Assembly (NCBI RefSeq): GCF_006345805.1
Contig: NC_042998.1
Location: 155,868,001-155,932,000, forward strand
Direction: 5' to 3'
DNA length: 64,000 bases
From: Octopus sinensis
Lineage: Eukaryota
Part shown: positions 24,341-37,559 of the stretch, piece by piece
Layout: each line of letters starts with the position of its first letter
How positions within the stretch are numbered: position 1 is the stretch's first letter
Made by a program: the position numbers and the translations under genes
The notes under the pieces: model-generated
The model's database searches: none
What the model saw: the letters and a program-made list of their open reading frames with translations, nothing else
What the model was told of the DNA's origin: nothing

Positions 24341-24727
24341 GGCTGAATTTTGCCCCACTAAATTTATCTTTTACAAATGCTCAAAGAGAACAGTGATAGT
24401 TTTCTAAAATAGTGTTATGTATATATTGTAGCTTTTATTGCATTTAGGGGAGGTCTTTACTTTGCTAATATAGCTTTGGCAAGATAGTGAACATATGTAA
24501 AAAATACATTTTCTTCAAAGTCAAAAATGCAGTAAATATTACTCATAGTGCCCCACTGGAAACTGCAAAAGCAGACTTTCAGAAATGCCTGTTTGAATTT
24601 CCTTGTTTTTGTCAGGGTTTCCTCTGGTTTTTATTTATTTTTTTCATGCATTGCAAAACAATGAAGGGAAGCCACTTTAAAAAAAGCATTTTTTAAATTC
24701 ATGTCTTTTAAATGTTGGTATCTCTAC

Positions 24728-24763
<36 letters not shown>

Positions 24764-27700
24764 TACTCACACACATTCATAGCTTTGGAACAGCAACAAC
24801 AAAAATGATTTTTTCCTTTTTTTAATTTTCTGTCATTTTATCTTATTCTGTCTACATTCTGAAACATGTAGCACACATTAAAAGAAAACAAATCTTATCC
24901 AACTCTTTCCTCCTTCATTGTACTTTTCACAATGAAGGAAAAGTCAAACACTGCAAGTGGATGTGTGAAAAACGAAACTTGAATTTTGAAAAAGTGTATA
25001 TATAAAGTGACATTTTCAGTCATTTATTTAAACTTTCTCTGCTAACTCATCAAATTCAATTATTTGAAATAGATGAGTTTTTAGATTTAAATTTGGTAAT
25101 TTTCTAAGATTTTAATTCTTGTGCATAAGGGGCCCACCAAATTTGAAGTGCTCCAGGCTCCCATGGTTTAAATCCAGTCCTGAGCATAATGAACACATTG
25201 TTGTCAATCGATATCTGCATGCAAAAACAAACATTTTTGGGGGTTCTGATCTAAAGTCCTCGAATCCTGAAGACATCAAACAATTTCAGAAATTTCAGCT
25301 TTATAATCACTTTGCAATTGATTGATTATTAGCTTACATTATTCTCATGTGTAGCTTGTTTCAAAAGTACTTTGAATATAGATTTAAGAGTGCTTCTATC
25401 TATATCATGGATGTCCAATGATAAGTATAATTATTTCTAGATTGCATACTTAAATTAACATTTCTGCTAATTTGTAACATCATATTAGGGAGGAGGTTGT
25501 ATCATATCTACTAGCTAAGTTACACATGGAGGTCTGTAACAGTGCATTTTAAAATATATTTCTAACTGGAAACCTGTAGTGAAATTAAGAAGAAAATTCT
25601 CTTAATAAAAGACTCCTTAAATTTTTACTTCACAACTTCTTCAATTATATTACTCAGACTAGATTTCAAAATATTTAGAATAAAATATATTTCAAAGTAA
25701 GACCTTTTTCCTATCACTTGAGTGATTTTGAATGTATAATTGAAGATCAAGCAGATTTGTGAATGGTAATCTGAATAAAAAAAAGATCCTTAAAAAATAA
25801 CGCAATTTTGGAGAACTATTCTTTTTATAAAATTAAAATTCTGATTTGGTACATGCTTTTGATTTTATAATTATTTTTGATAAAATATTCCTTTTAAATA
25901 ACAATATAGTGAGTAACAAAAGCAAATATTTTACTGATATCTAAGCATTTTGTCAAAATATATCTTTTAGATATTGCCTTCCAAAATTTTCATTTTCGGC
26001 AGGTAGGAAGGGATAAAATAAAAAGGAAACAATGAATGGTTTCTACTTGTATGATTGATTACAATTGTTAGGGTGCTACCATATATGATGACATGCTTAG
26101 AAAGAAATTAACACTTTTGAGAATTAATATATACGGACTTGCAAATAGTAGCACAAAACTAACTTTTAGTTTATGGGATACATCTTTTTTCCTCAATAAA
26201 TATAAAGTTTTAAGATCATATCATTTTCAAAACACAAAGTCACAGAAGATCAAAATCTAAAGTAATTGTCTGTCATATGATAGAGAGGAGACTGAAAAGC
26301 AGATTTTGGACATGATAGCCATTTGATGTTGAAGTGAGACCTAGGACCCCAAACCCATTCTTTAAGTTATCAGGCCAATGCCACGAATGAATCATGCAAC
26401 TATAACATTGAGCTTGCAAGACATCATGCCATGAAGTCAGAAAAAGTGAATGCCTTGAGGTTCAGATGCTTTTCTCTAGTTATAGGCAGTTGGACACTAA
26501 AAATCTTAGCCAAAGTTGAGAGCAGTGGGGAACACACATCTCACCTCCTGCCACAAGCAAGCCAGAGCAGGGCTTTAGCATGATTTAGTGGACTAACATC
26601 TTGTCTCTCATACCAAGTTAACCAATGTTAAAGACATGTTATTTCACTCTTGCGCAAAGCAAATCAAAGATGTGAGTAGATTGAGACAAACTCACATCTC
26701 GATTTTCATTCAAGACCAAGCCATCAATCCATTCCTGTCTCTAGAGTAAGCCATTAATGATTGTAAAATTTAGACACTATGAAAGTTGATCCTTACATCC
26801 TAAGTCTCTCTACAGTATCTGAACACATGCATGCATGTGCGCACACACACACACATACATACACACATATCCTTTCTTTTATAAATATATTATAAGATGT
26901 CTGCAAGTTTTGTTTTTGTTTACAACACACACAGCCCAGTCTAATCCATAATAATCTTACACCAAAGACCACGATGCCAATGGTGAGTGACTCACATCAT
27001 GCCAACGTTATAAGCAACAGAATTTTGAAGTTTTGGCCATAAATAAATTTGAGGTAAAGAATGGATTTTAGTTTTCAGTTTCCACATGTGTATGCGTTTT
27101 GAAAGTAGTAACAAAATGGCACTTTTTTGAAATGCTAAAAAAAGAATAAAACAAATGAAGAATGTATATGACATATTTATTAGAAATATAAAACAAGCTT
27201 TATATGATTTTGTACAAAATGTTTTGGCTTACATTTATGATTTAATTTTGCAAGAATCCTGATGTGAATCCACCAGAATAGTGAATACTAAAGTGCACAG
27301 TGACATGCCATCTTCAATCATAAGAACAAGGTAGTTAAGGAATATCAGACAGCTCTGGAGATAATCTATGAAGAGTTGTTTGGTTTAATAAGTATATTAT
27401 AAAAGACCATTAAAAAAAGAAACATTGTAACTGTATTTTGAATATATTGTGAAATAAGTGTTAATAAATATATATTATACCTATTATAGAGGAGTGCAAA
27501 CTGCTAATGTCAATAAGGTTTTTACTAGGATGAAACATACTTCTTCAAAACATTTCAAGGGAAGCGAACAAATGGAATCTGATATGAAATATATCAAAGC
27601 TGGTATCTGTCTGTCCTGGAGACATTATACCTTATTCAACACTAGCTTAAAAGCCACACTCTGAGCAGACTTTTAAACTAGCTCATGTAGCCCAAAACTA

Positions 27701-28939
27701 AAGAGAGCTAAATAGCATGACTATGATACATCTATAATGATTATATGCCCCAGTGGTGTTTGATCAGAGGTGAAGGACAGATGTAAATTAATTCTGCAAT
27801 GCAATCATTCTATTGTTTCAGTCCCAAGTTGGATTCCAACTATTGGCCAATTTGTCCCAAAGTTCTTACCTCGATGTAAAATTAATGAAGCAAATGTCAT
27901 TTCTCTTTCCCTTGATCTCTGATGTCATCTGACAAATGCCAACCAAGATGGCGTGAATCAGCCAAGCTTTACTTGCTAGAAATAGTAACCTAAATGCTTT
28001 TAAACCAGATCCTAATGCTGAATGTTTAAGAGCCAAGTGAAGGGCAGATTTTCAATCCCAGGATTATCCTGATTCTAAAAAGGTATAATATGTCTATGTA
28101 GACTGAGATACAGGGGTCCTGGATGGACAGAGAGAATTTCGCTTTTATTATAAACTATATGTATAACTCATACACATACAACACTCACCTTCCCTGCTCA
28201 ATCTCATACACATACAACTCTCACCTACCCACTTAATATCATATACAGACACAATACACACACACATGTTCTGTATATTCATTTTTTAAAGTGCATTTTT
28301 ATAATTTTTTAATTTACTCTTTAAAGCAGTCATTTTCTCTTGTTCTGCTCAACCACAAAAATTCAAAACTAGAGAGATGTGTAACATACACATACAATTA
28401 GAGATAGGTATAAAACTAGAGAGAGGTATAACACATATATATATAATTAAAATTTTACCAGATGGGATGAAGTTGCCAATAGAAACTGGGTGAGAATTTA
28501 ATTACCTAGTGCACTAGGAGTACTACAGAATAGTCATATCAAATCTCACTGTTCAATTCAAAAGATTACCAATTCTTGTCAGGTTTCTGCCACATTGGTA
28601 AAGAAACGCTAAAGTCTTTTTCCTAAACTGGTCAATTTGAAAACTAAATTACTGAGAGATGCTATCCATATGAAAACAATGGATAATGTTAGTATATGTG
28701 AGCATTAAAAATTTAATTTGAAAAAGAAAAGTCATCATTGTTTTAATGAGCAATATTATTTTCATCAATAATGAAATAAGGATAGGCAAGTCTGGACATG
28801 TTTCTGTCTTATATTTTCAGCAACAGCCCTCCTTTGTCCCTGTTCAAGTGGAATGTTCTTCAGTACATCTAAATGTCATGGATGTTGCAGGAAAAAATCT
28901 TGGCATGTGTCCTGCTCTCTTGACTTCTTGGCCACTTCA

Positions 28940-30395
28940 TTGAAGGAATCCTCCCAGTCTCAATGTGGTTTTAGAGCTAACCGTAGCACTATCAACATGG
29001 TCTTTGTCTCCCACCTCCTGTTAGAGGTATGATGCCTCATTTGCCTTTATTGACCTAAGGCTTTTGATACTATTAGCTACCCACTAGTATGGAATGTCCT
29101 CCTAAGCTTCTTGCCATGCTACGCCAGTTCCATGATGGCATGCAAGCACGTGTGACATTGGGTGGTGATCAGTCTGACTACTTCAATGTTCAAGTCGGTG
29201 TTAAACAAGGCTGTGTCCTGGCCCCTGTCCTCTTCAATGCATTCCTTGTGTCTGTTAACTTACTATCTCGCTATGACCTCAACCCCGAAGATGGCATCCC
29301 GATTCAATATCGCCACAATGGCAGTCTCTTCAACTTGAGGAGACTAAAATCACTAACAAAGACCCAGTCCACCACTCTCTTCGAATTACAGTATGCTGAT
29401 GTCTGCAAAGCTCTCGCTCACGAACCAGCTAGCCTTCAGCAGAACCTAGATGTGTGCAATGCCTATTGTCGGGCTGGATTCCAGGTCAACACCAAGAAAA
29501 CAGAGATCCTTCAACACTCTAAAAATGGTTCACCCCCTGTGACTCTTTCAATCCAAGACAACCAGCTAAAGAACACCGAGTAATTCACCTATTTGGGTAG
29601 TATCATCTCAAGCAATGGGGTCATTGACCACGAAATTCAGAATCGCATCCACCTTGCCTCCTCTGCTTTTGGACGTCTCAAGGATAGGGTCTTCCTTAAC
29701 CATGATCTGAATCTCTTCACGAAAATTGAGGTTTATTGTGCTGTTGTGGTTTCTATGCTTTTGTATGCCTCAAAAATCTGGACACTTTATAGTCATCATG
29801 TCAAACTCCTCGAATCCTTTCATATTTGCTGTGTCCAGCGCATTCTTCATCTGACCTGGACAGACAAGATCCCACATGGAGATCCTCAGATGAGCGAATT
29901 TGACCAGCATGAAATGCATGATCCTTGAACTACAACTGCACTGGATGGGGCATGTTATCAGGATTTCGGAAAGACGTATACCCAAGATTGTCCTTTTTGG
30001 AGAGCTAGTAGAGGGTAACTAACTGCATAGATGTCCAAAGAAGTGATATAAAGATCATCTCAAGAAATCCCTGAAGCTCTGCAACATCCACACGAGTGAA
30101 CTTAAAACACTGGTCACAGACCGTACTACCTGGAGGGGGTATGGTCACAACTGGTACGCAGTATTTTGAGGATGAGCGGATTAGACTTCGTGAAGAAAAG
30201 TGGAGACAGCTCAAGAAAGGTCAGCAAAATCCTAGATGAGCTCATCTTCGTCGGAGCCCTCTCAGTGTAATCGGACATGTGCCTCCAGAATTGGCCTTTT
30301 CAGCCACAATAGGGCCTGCCAATGACATCAAGTTAAACCCTAAGGATCAAAGACATCTTCATCTGTCAAGATGGGTTGCCTTAAGCAAGTAAGTA
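28940..30395 (+). mobile_element. RTE/BovB-like LINE, 5'-truncated pseudogene
   Basis: QCGFRANRST, CPPKLLAMLRQFHDGM, GVKQGCVLAPVLF, LQYAD, FTYLGS and C-terminal CNRTCASRIGLFSHNRAC; 3' tail CAAGTAAGTAAA. Confidence 0.9.
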
Positions 30396-30509
30396 AACAA
30401 CTTGTTATACTTTCCTGTTAATTCTGGATCTGGCTGTAATCCTTAAAACCACAAATCTCTTTGACAGTTTTATGATTTCATTTATCTCTATTTTTACTCA
30501 CTCTGCTGG

Positions 30510-31620
30510 CAACTTAGGGTCTCTCACTCAGGATGAAAGGTAGACTGTATGATGCATGTGTGCGAACTGCCATGCTACATGGCAGTGAAACATGGGCCAT
30601 GACTGCAGAGGACATGCATAGGCTTGAAAGAAATGAAGCTAGTATGATCCACTGGATGTGTAATGTCAGTGTGTATACATAACAGAGCGTGGGCACCCTG
30701 AGAGAAAAGTTGGACATAAGAAGCAGCAAATGTGGTGTGCAAGAGAGACGACTGCACTGGTATGGTCATGTGTTATGAATGGATGAGAACAGCTGTGTGA
30801 CAAAGTGCCACAACCTAACTGTGAAAGGAACCTGTGGAAGAGGTAAACCCAGGAAGACATGAGATAAAGTGGTGAAGCATGACCTTCAAACGTTGGGCCT
30901 CACAGAGGCAATGACAGGCCACCGAGACCTTTGGAGATATGCTGTAATTGAGAAGATCTGGCCACTAAAGTGAGATCACAGGCATGGCCTATGCCAGTGT
31001 TGTATGTCCGGCATATTTAAACATACCCTTGATAAGCTTGAGAAGACCTGTTGAGTCAAGTAAAGCTAAAATCGTAGCTGTGGCCAGTGCCCACTGACTG
31101 GCTTCCATTCTGGTGGCACATAAAATGCTTCATCTGAACATGGTCGATGCCAGTGCCCCCTGACTTGCTCCTGTGCTGGTGGCACGTAAAAAGCACCATC
31201 TGAATATGGTCGATGCCAGGTCTGCCTGACTGGCTCCTGTGCCAGTAGCACATAAAAATCACCATCTGAACATGGCCGATACCAGTGACCCCTAATTGGC
31301 TCCTGTGCATAAAAAGCATAAAAAGCACTGTCCGAACATGATCAATGCCAGTGCCCCCTCAATGGCTCCCCTGCTTGTGACATGTAGAAAGCACTATCCA
31401 AACATGATCGATGCCAGGCCTGCCTGACTGGCTTCTGTGCCAGTGACATGTAAAAAGCACCCACTATACTCTTGGAGTGGTTGGTGTTAGGATGGGCACC
31501 AAGCTGTAGAAACAGTGCCAGATCATATTGGAGCCTGGTGCAGCTGCTGGCTTTCCAGACCTCAGTCAAACCGTCTAACCCATGCTAGCATGGAAAATGG
31601 ACTTTAAACGATGATGATGA
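30510..31620 (+). mobile_element. RTE-X-like LINE 3' end with ~65-bp tandem repeats in the 3' UTR and a (GAT)n tail
   Basis: KGRLYDACVRTAMLHGSETWAM motif; ATGGTCGATGCCAG units at about 31140, 31206, 31271, 31338 and 31403. Confidence 0.8.
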
Positions 31621-31655
31621 TGATGATACACATACATATATATACAGTACCATGC

Positions 31656-32200
31656 AAAAATCTTTAACCACTTTAAACTATTGTAAGTTTCTACTAATTG
31701 CCAACTTATAAGTAGATATTTCGTGTTGCATTTTTTACAGATTAAACACTAGCCCTGTTGTCATTTCCATACCCAATCATTTTATTTTGTAGTAGGGCTT
31801 CTGAATTAGAGGGGAAGATACAAGAAGACCACCAAAAATAGCCATGCAAAAGTTTTCAGCTACCTCACATAACCCAATTGAGAAACAGTATTTTAGAACA
31901 AAAAGATGTCTATAATGAAAACTTATTACATAATGTTCACTTGAAGAAGTTACTGTACATTGTTAATATTTCATGTGGCTTCCCTTAGCTTGAATAATTG
32001 CTTCAATGCACCTGGGAAGAGATGCGTACAAATACATCACCATCTTCACAAGTATAAGATGCCTTTCTCTGTGGCTGAGCTCCCACAGCTCTTCAAGATT
32101 GCATGGATTCTTCTGACAAACTCTTCTCTTTAGGTCTGTTCACATTTGACGGCAATATTTAATGACACTTGCCCAACTCATTTCAAAAACATTCTGAAAG
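31656..32200 (-). mobile_element. Tc1-like element fragment
   Basis: TA-CAGTACCATGCAAAAATC terminus; minus-strand NP.NLEELW..LPRCIEAIIQAKGSH C-terminus. Confidence 0.55.
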
Positions 32201-32329
32201 GGATGATGAAACAGATCTCATTGGACAGGTTTTTATCAAAAATTCCTGCAGATGAAAGTGAAAAGGGCAAAAATCAGCAAATAAGATTCAGTTATTCAGT
32301 TTAGCCTTCCTCCTCCACTTCTGTCAGCA

Positions 32330-32563
32330 TCCTCAAGTCATCTATAATGCTGTACATTATACTTAATAAAACCCGTTTATTGCAGTACATTCTATTGTAT
32401 TGTTTTTTATACAGTATTCATTATTTATATGTACATTGTTTTTGGGGGGGTCCAGAATGGATTAATGGCATTTCAATTCATTTCAAATGGGGAAAATTGA
32501 TTTGACATAAGAGTACAAGCTCCATCACGTAATGAATTAAACTCATAATTCAAGGCACCACTG
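32330..32563. mobile_element. Tigger/pogo-like terminal fragment
   Basis: GGATTAATGGCATTTCAATTCATTTCAAATGGGGAAA..GAATTAAACTC..CAAGGCACCACTG resembles Tigger-type ends. Confidence 0.6.
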
Positions 32564-32567
32564 CACG

Positions 32568-32632
<65 letters not shown>

Positions 32633-32639
32633 ACACATA

Positions 32640-35600
32640 GTGGAAATTTATAGAAAAACAAAAGACGAAGACAAGTGTATAAACAACAAGCAGATCTATT
32701 AGTTTAATGCTTGGGAAGGTGAAAAAGTCTTTTACGTTTTGAGCCTATGCTCTTCAACAGAAAGGAACATGAAATAAACAGAGAGAGACTAAAAACACTT
32801 TTGGAGTTAGCTATCAATCGTGGCGACTGGCTGGACAAAGGTAATTAGACAGGAGACCTAGGAAGAAGGGGGAGATAATAAAGTATTGGTGATCCCAAAA
32901 CGAAGGTGCATGTGTGTGTATGTGAGATTATGTGTGTGTGGCTAGGGGCTGGTGACTTTGATGTGTGGATGTGTGTATGTGTGTGTGTGTAGATGATGGT
33001 GCAGGTGCTGGGAAGTGGTCAGTGCTAGTGTGTGCAGAGTAGTGTGATATGGTGTGGTGGTGTACTGAGATGGTGTTGGGGTATGTGTACTGAGATGGTG
33101 TTGAGGGTGGGGTGTGGGTTGGGGTGAGGATGTAGGAGTAGGGTGGAGTATGTAGGAGTAGGGTGGAGTATGTAGGAGTAGGGTGGAGTATGTAGGAGTA
33201 GGGTGGAGTAATCCAAACACAGATAGGTGTTTCAATGAGTGACCAGTAGAGCAGAAATGGTGTGAGACTGGGGTGTCATTAACATTACTAGAAGTGCAGG
33301 TAAAGGAGTCAGTGATATGATAGGGATGATGATGGGTGCCTGTGAGGATGGTCGTGTTGGAGAGGTAGGAGCAAGTGCAGCAGCATGGGCAGGAGCAGGA
33401 GAATGAGCCACGTTGAGAGGTGAGGTTAGGGAAGAAACTGTGGACCAGGAGGTCACATAGGTTGTGGGCTCATTTGAAGGAGGGAAGGGGTAGGTTGGCA
33501 AAGATGTGTGAAGTGGAGGGGTCGGACTGGAGTTACTGGAAGGCTCAGAGAATGGTGCGTTGGGGGGTGGGGTGGAAGGGTGGTAGGTGAGGAGAAATGG
33601 GAGACAGGTAACAGCAGGGCAGGTGCAAAGAGAGAGAGCCAAGGCACAGTCCACAGAATGTGCTCTGGCAAGGGTGGTGTGGATAGTGGTGAGGGGATAT
33701 CCATGAAAGATGAAGTGGCAAGCCATGAGTTGAGACTGAGACTCAAAATCATGGTTGTCACTGCAGAGCCTGCACAGATGGAGGAATTGGGAATAAGGGA
33801 TGGAGAGCTTGGGTGCTGATGAGGGTGCTGCTGTAGGATGGGAGGAGGAGAAGTTGAGGTATGAGTGTGAGTCGGTGTGTTTTTAGATGGAGGTAGTGAG
33901 AGTGGAGATGTGTTTGTTGACTGAAATGTCGAGAAAGGCAACGGAAGTATTGGGAATGGTGCAGGAGAATTTGAGAGCAGGATGGAAGGATTGGACAAAA
34001 GAGAGGAAGGAGTCTAGTTGTTTGCGGGAGAGCAAGGTCACAATGATACAATCATCAATATAACAACCATATTGTTTGAGATTGGAACCAGTGAATCTTG
34101 AAAATATTTGGGCCTTAATGTAGCCAATGAACAGGTTCACATAGTTGAGGCCCATTTCCGTGACCACTCTTGAGACCTGTTGTTAAAACTCTCTCACGGA
34201 GGAGAAGCAGTTGAGCGAGAGAACGTTTTTGGCCTGACAAAGAAGTGTGGATGTGTCAGGTTGGGGATTGGGTCGAAGGTCTAGGAGGTGTTTGAGAGCA
34301 AGAAGTCTTTCGCGGTGTGGGATCACCATATATAGCCTCTTGATATGAAAAGTGAAGAGAAGTTTAGAAGAGCCAGGAGGGAAGGAGAAAGAGTTGAAAA
34401 GACGAAGGGCATGGTTAGTGTTGTGGATGTGTGAGGAGAGGGAAGCCACTGGGGAGTGGGGCAAGGACATGGTCGAGGTATTTCAAGATCAGTTCCATGG
34501 GGCAGTTACAGGCAGAGATGATAGGGCAGCCAGGGTTGTTGGGTTTGTGGATTTGGGGAAGGAAGTAAATGGTGGTGGTGTGAAGAGTGCAGACAATGAG
34601 GTTGGAGGGAGACAGGAGGAAGAGATGAGGTCATGGATAGTGGAGGACAGTCTGTTGGTAGCTAGGTGTTGGGTTGCTGGGCAGAGGGCAATAGAAGGAG
34701 ATGTTTTGAAGTTGGCGGAGAGCTTCAGCCTTGTAGAGGTCTGTGTGCCACACCACCACGGCTCCACCCTTGTCAGCCGGTTTTATGATAATGTCTTTGT
34801 GGCATCGGAGACATCAAAAGGCTGAGAGTTCAGCTGGAGAGATGTTCAGATGCCAGGGATGATCAACTGCTTGGAACTGGCCAGGAGCTGGTGTCCAGTG
34901 GGATGGTCAGCAGCCCAGGTCAGTGAAGCAATCCTCTTCATTAGATGCAGGTAGAGTGTTGTGGAATAATGCATATAGCCTGATAAAGTGCACAAAGCTA
35001 TGAATATCAGCATGGGTCTGAAATTCGTTACTGGATGGAGTAAGGAGGATGAAGTGCAGACCCCCACTGAGAAGAGAGCACTCTGCCTCAGAGAGGGGGA
35101 AGATCAAGAGGAATGGTATCAACTGATTGAAGTGGGGAAGGTTAGATGTGGGAGAGGTGGGGTAGTGGAAGGTTGGGAGGAGAGAGAGGGGTGTAAGTGT
35201 GTGGGGGTTGGGAGATGGAGAGGTTGGGGTGACAATGAGGGGGAATCGTATCAGGGAGGGAGGGGAGGGGGAGGGGTAATGGCATCAGGTGTGACAGATT
35301 GGAGGAGTGAATGGAGTTTATGTTGTTTAGTGTGAGTGAGAAACATTATGCATTAGGTGGTAGGAAGTAGTATAGAGTATGGGTATGATGGCTGAAGCAG
35401 AATGGAAATGGAGGTGGAAACCTTTGGGGATGAGGCAGTGGCGAAGGCAGCAACTGAGAAATGAAATGTGGCTAGAGAACCGTGTTCTTTTGAAAATTAG
35501 CAGGGAAAGATTAATAGAAGGTTGAAAGCAGTGAAAAGGGAGTGTGGAAAGGTGTTTCTTTAGGCAGTGGTGAAAGTGGAGCAGGAAAGGTTTGTAACCG

Positions 35601-35690
35601 GGCATAATTGAAAAAGGAGGAAAAAAAGGGGAGAGAGAAAGGCAAAGTCATGATGTACGGAGTATAAAAATTTTTTAAAATTTAAAAGAC
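32640..35690 (-). mobile_element. Near-full-length decayed Penelope-like element (Neptune-like, Cys-rich linker)
   Basis: N-terminus RTRFSSHISFL..CLIPKGF; RT MG.NY..LFIG..YIDD..FHPALKFS..FLDISV; linker CSCPCCCTC and FTCTSSNV fused to PVSHHF; hammerhead-like 3' end. Confidence 0.88.
32729..32764 (-). ncRNA. Degenerate minimal hammerhead-like motif in the PLE 3' end
   Basis: CTTT-CTGTTGA-A-GAGC-ATAG-GCTC-AAAA-CG-TA-AAAG: helices I and II intact, core altered (CTGTTGA; AAAA instead of GAAA). Confidence 0.5.
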
Positions 35691-35699
35691 ATGAAGAGA

Positions 35700-35815
35700 A
35701 AAAATTCAAAAGGCAGGAGGAGAAGAAAAATAAAAAGAGAAGAGAAAGAAGAAAAAAAGAAGAAACGGAGAGAAAAAGAGAAGAAAAGAAGAAGAGAAGA
35801 CGAAAAGGAAAAGAA

Positions 35816-35865
<50 letters not shown>
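35700..35865. repeat. Purine-rich low-complexity tract and (GA)n
   Basis: Directly visible. Confidence 0.9.
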
Positions 35866-35868
<3 letters not shown>

Positions 35869-36052
35869 CAAAGTAACAACGTACAGATGAAGAGAAAACA
35901 AAGTAAGAAAAATCAGAATAAGAAAAAAATAGAAAGCTCAAAAGTTCAAAAAGGTTCTGTGCCAGTGTTCTACTTAACATTTAAACACACTAATCAACTT
36001 ATGCCAATTTGCCTAAAATATTAATTAATTATTAATTAATTATATATATATA

Positions 36053-36430
36053 TGCACAGGAGTGGATGTGTGGTAAGTAGCTTGCTTACCAACCACATGG
36101 TTCCGGGATTCAGTCCCACTGCATGGCACCTTGGGCAAGTATCTTCTACCATAGCCTTGGGCTGACCAAAGCCTTGTGAGTGGATTTGGTAGACGGAAAC
36201 AGAAAGAAGCCCGTCGTATATATGTATATGTATATGTGTGTGTGTGTGTGTTTGCATGTCTGTGTTTGTCCCGCCCAACATCGCTTGACAACCGATGCTG
36301 GTGTGTTTACATCCCTGTAACTTAGCGGTTTGGCAAAAGAGATCGATAGAATAAGTCCTGGGGTCGATTTGCTTGACTAAAGGTGGTGCTCCAGCATGGC
36401 CACAGTCAAATGACTGAAACAAGTAAAAGA
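36053..36430 (+). mobile_element. Complete SINE copy
   Basis: Same structure as 2195-2570. Confidence 0.88.
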
Positions 36431-36444
36431 GTAAAGAATATATA

Positions 36445-36640
36445 TCTATTATATAAAATCCATTCTGTCTGTCTGTGTGTGTATCTTCTAGGATCTCGGG
36501 CATCCTCCATCCGATTGCGCTCAAACTTGATATGTAGATACCGACGGTATCAGGGCGTCTATAAGTCTTGAAAAAATTACAAAAATCGATTCCAGGTGAG
36601 AATGCGATCGATAAAGCCATGGGAACGTGCATTTGTATGT
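36445..36640 (+). mobile_element. Helitron-like 5' end
   Basis: A|TCTATTATATAAAA..CTGTCTGTCTGTGTG..ATCCGATTGCGCTCAAACTT resembles non-autonomous Helitron 5' ends; no 3' CTRR hairpin found. Confidence 0.5.
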
Positions 36641-37559
36641 GCAACTTTATTTCCTACATGTTTTATCAGATAAACTTATTATTGTCCCAGGTATGTTCTC
36701 ATAAATTCATCATGCTTTTCCATCTAGATTTACCTCCAGCTAACCCATTTGCATGCATCATTTTCATCCTGCTTTTCTTCCATCAACCTGTACATAGCTG
36801 CACCTTCCATTTTTTGTTGTTTTTGTACTGCTTAAAGGCACATTTCTTTCCTGCTAAGCTTACTGTTTAAACCATGTTTGTGTTCTCCCAGTCAACAGCC
36901 TTATCATTACTGGTACTTTAAACTCTTCGGTTGCATATTTGTATGAATAAAATCATTTGTCTTTGGAATAGAAAAAAAGTCTATCTTTATTTCTTCTTTT
37001 GCTGGTGTCTCAAATTTAGGTTAAATCAGTGTTTCTCAAAGGGGAGGCCTATGGGACGGTCAGACAAGTTGATTTGAGAAAATTTGGTTTAAATGTTTGA
37101 CAACTCAGCACTGTCCATTGGACAGGGGGGGTTTTGCTCGTATGTATATTTATATATATATATATATATATGTATTTATGTATGTGTATATGTTACTGTA
37201 CAATTAGTTTCATAAGTCAAAAACAAAGAGGCACTCATATGTTACATAATAAAATTCTTTTATTTTAAACCAACTATCAAACATTGTGGGCCAAAAGTCA
37301 CACACCAAAATACTTGCCATTTTGTTTATAGTATGTTTTTATTACTATTCATTTTGTTCATGTATAAATACATGCATATTCATCATTATTATATTTATTT
37401 TATTCAATTTTAGAAAAGTTGAAGCATGTCTTTAACATTTCTGGAGTGTATTGAATTATTTTGTGCATAACATTTGACAACCCTGTATTTTAGATTATAA
37501 CATTTAAATACAAAAATAAAAAGAACCAGAAAAAGAAAAATAGGAAAAGAAAACTGAGG

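Noticed and set aside
31060-31460. CRISPR-like regular repeats (also 56288-56512)
   Set aside because: Whole units are similar with no unique spacers; eukaryotic context and no cas genes.
35675-35980. Lys/Arg/Glu-rich and Leu/Ser/Phe-rich ORFs
   Set aside because: Low-complexity purine tract and (GA)n.
36700-36850. Minus-strand frame QKMEGAAMYRLMEEKQDENDACKWVSW
   Set aside because: Short, with an upstream stop, no recognised homology and no partner exons.
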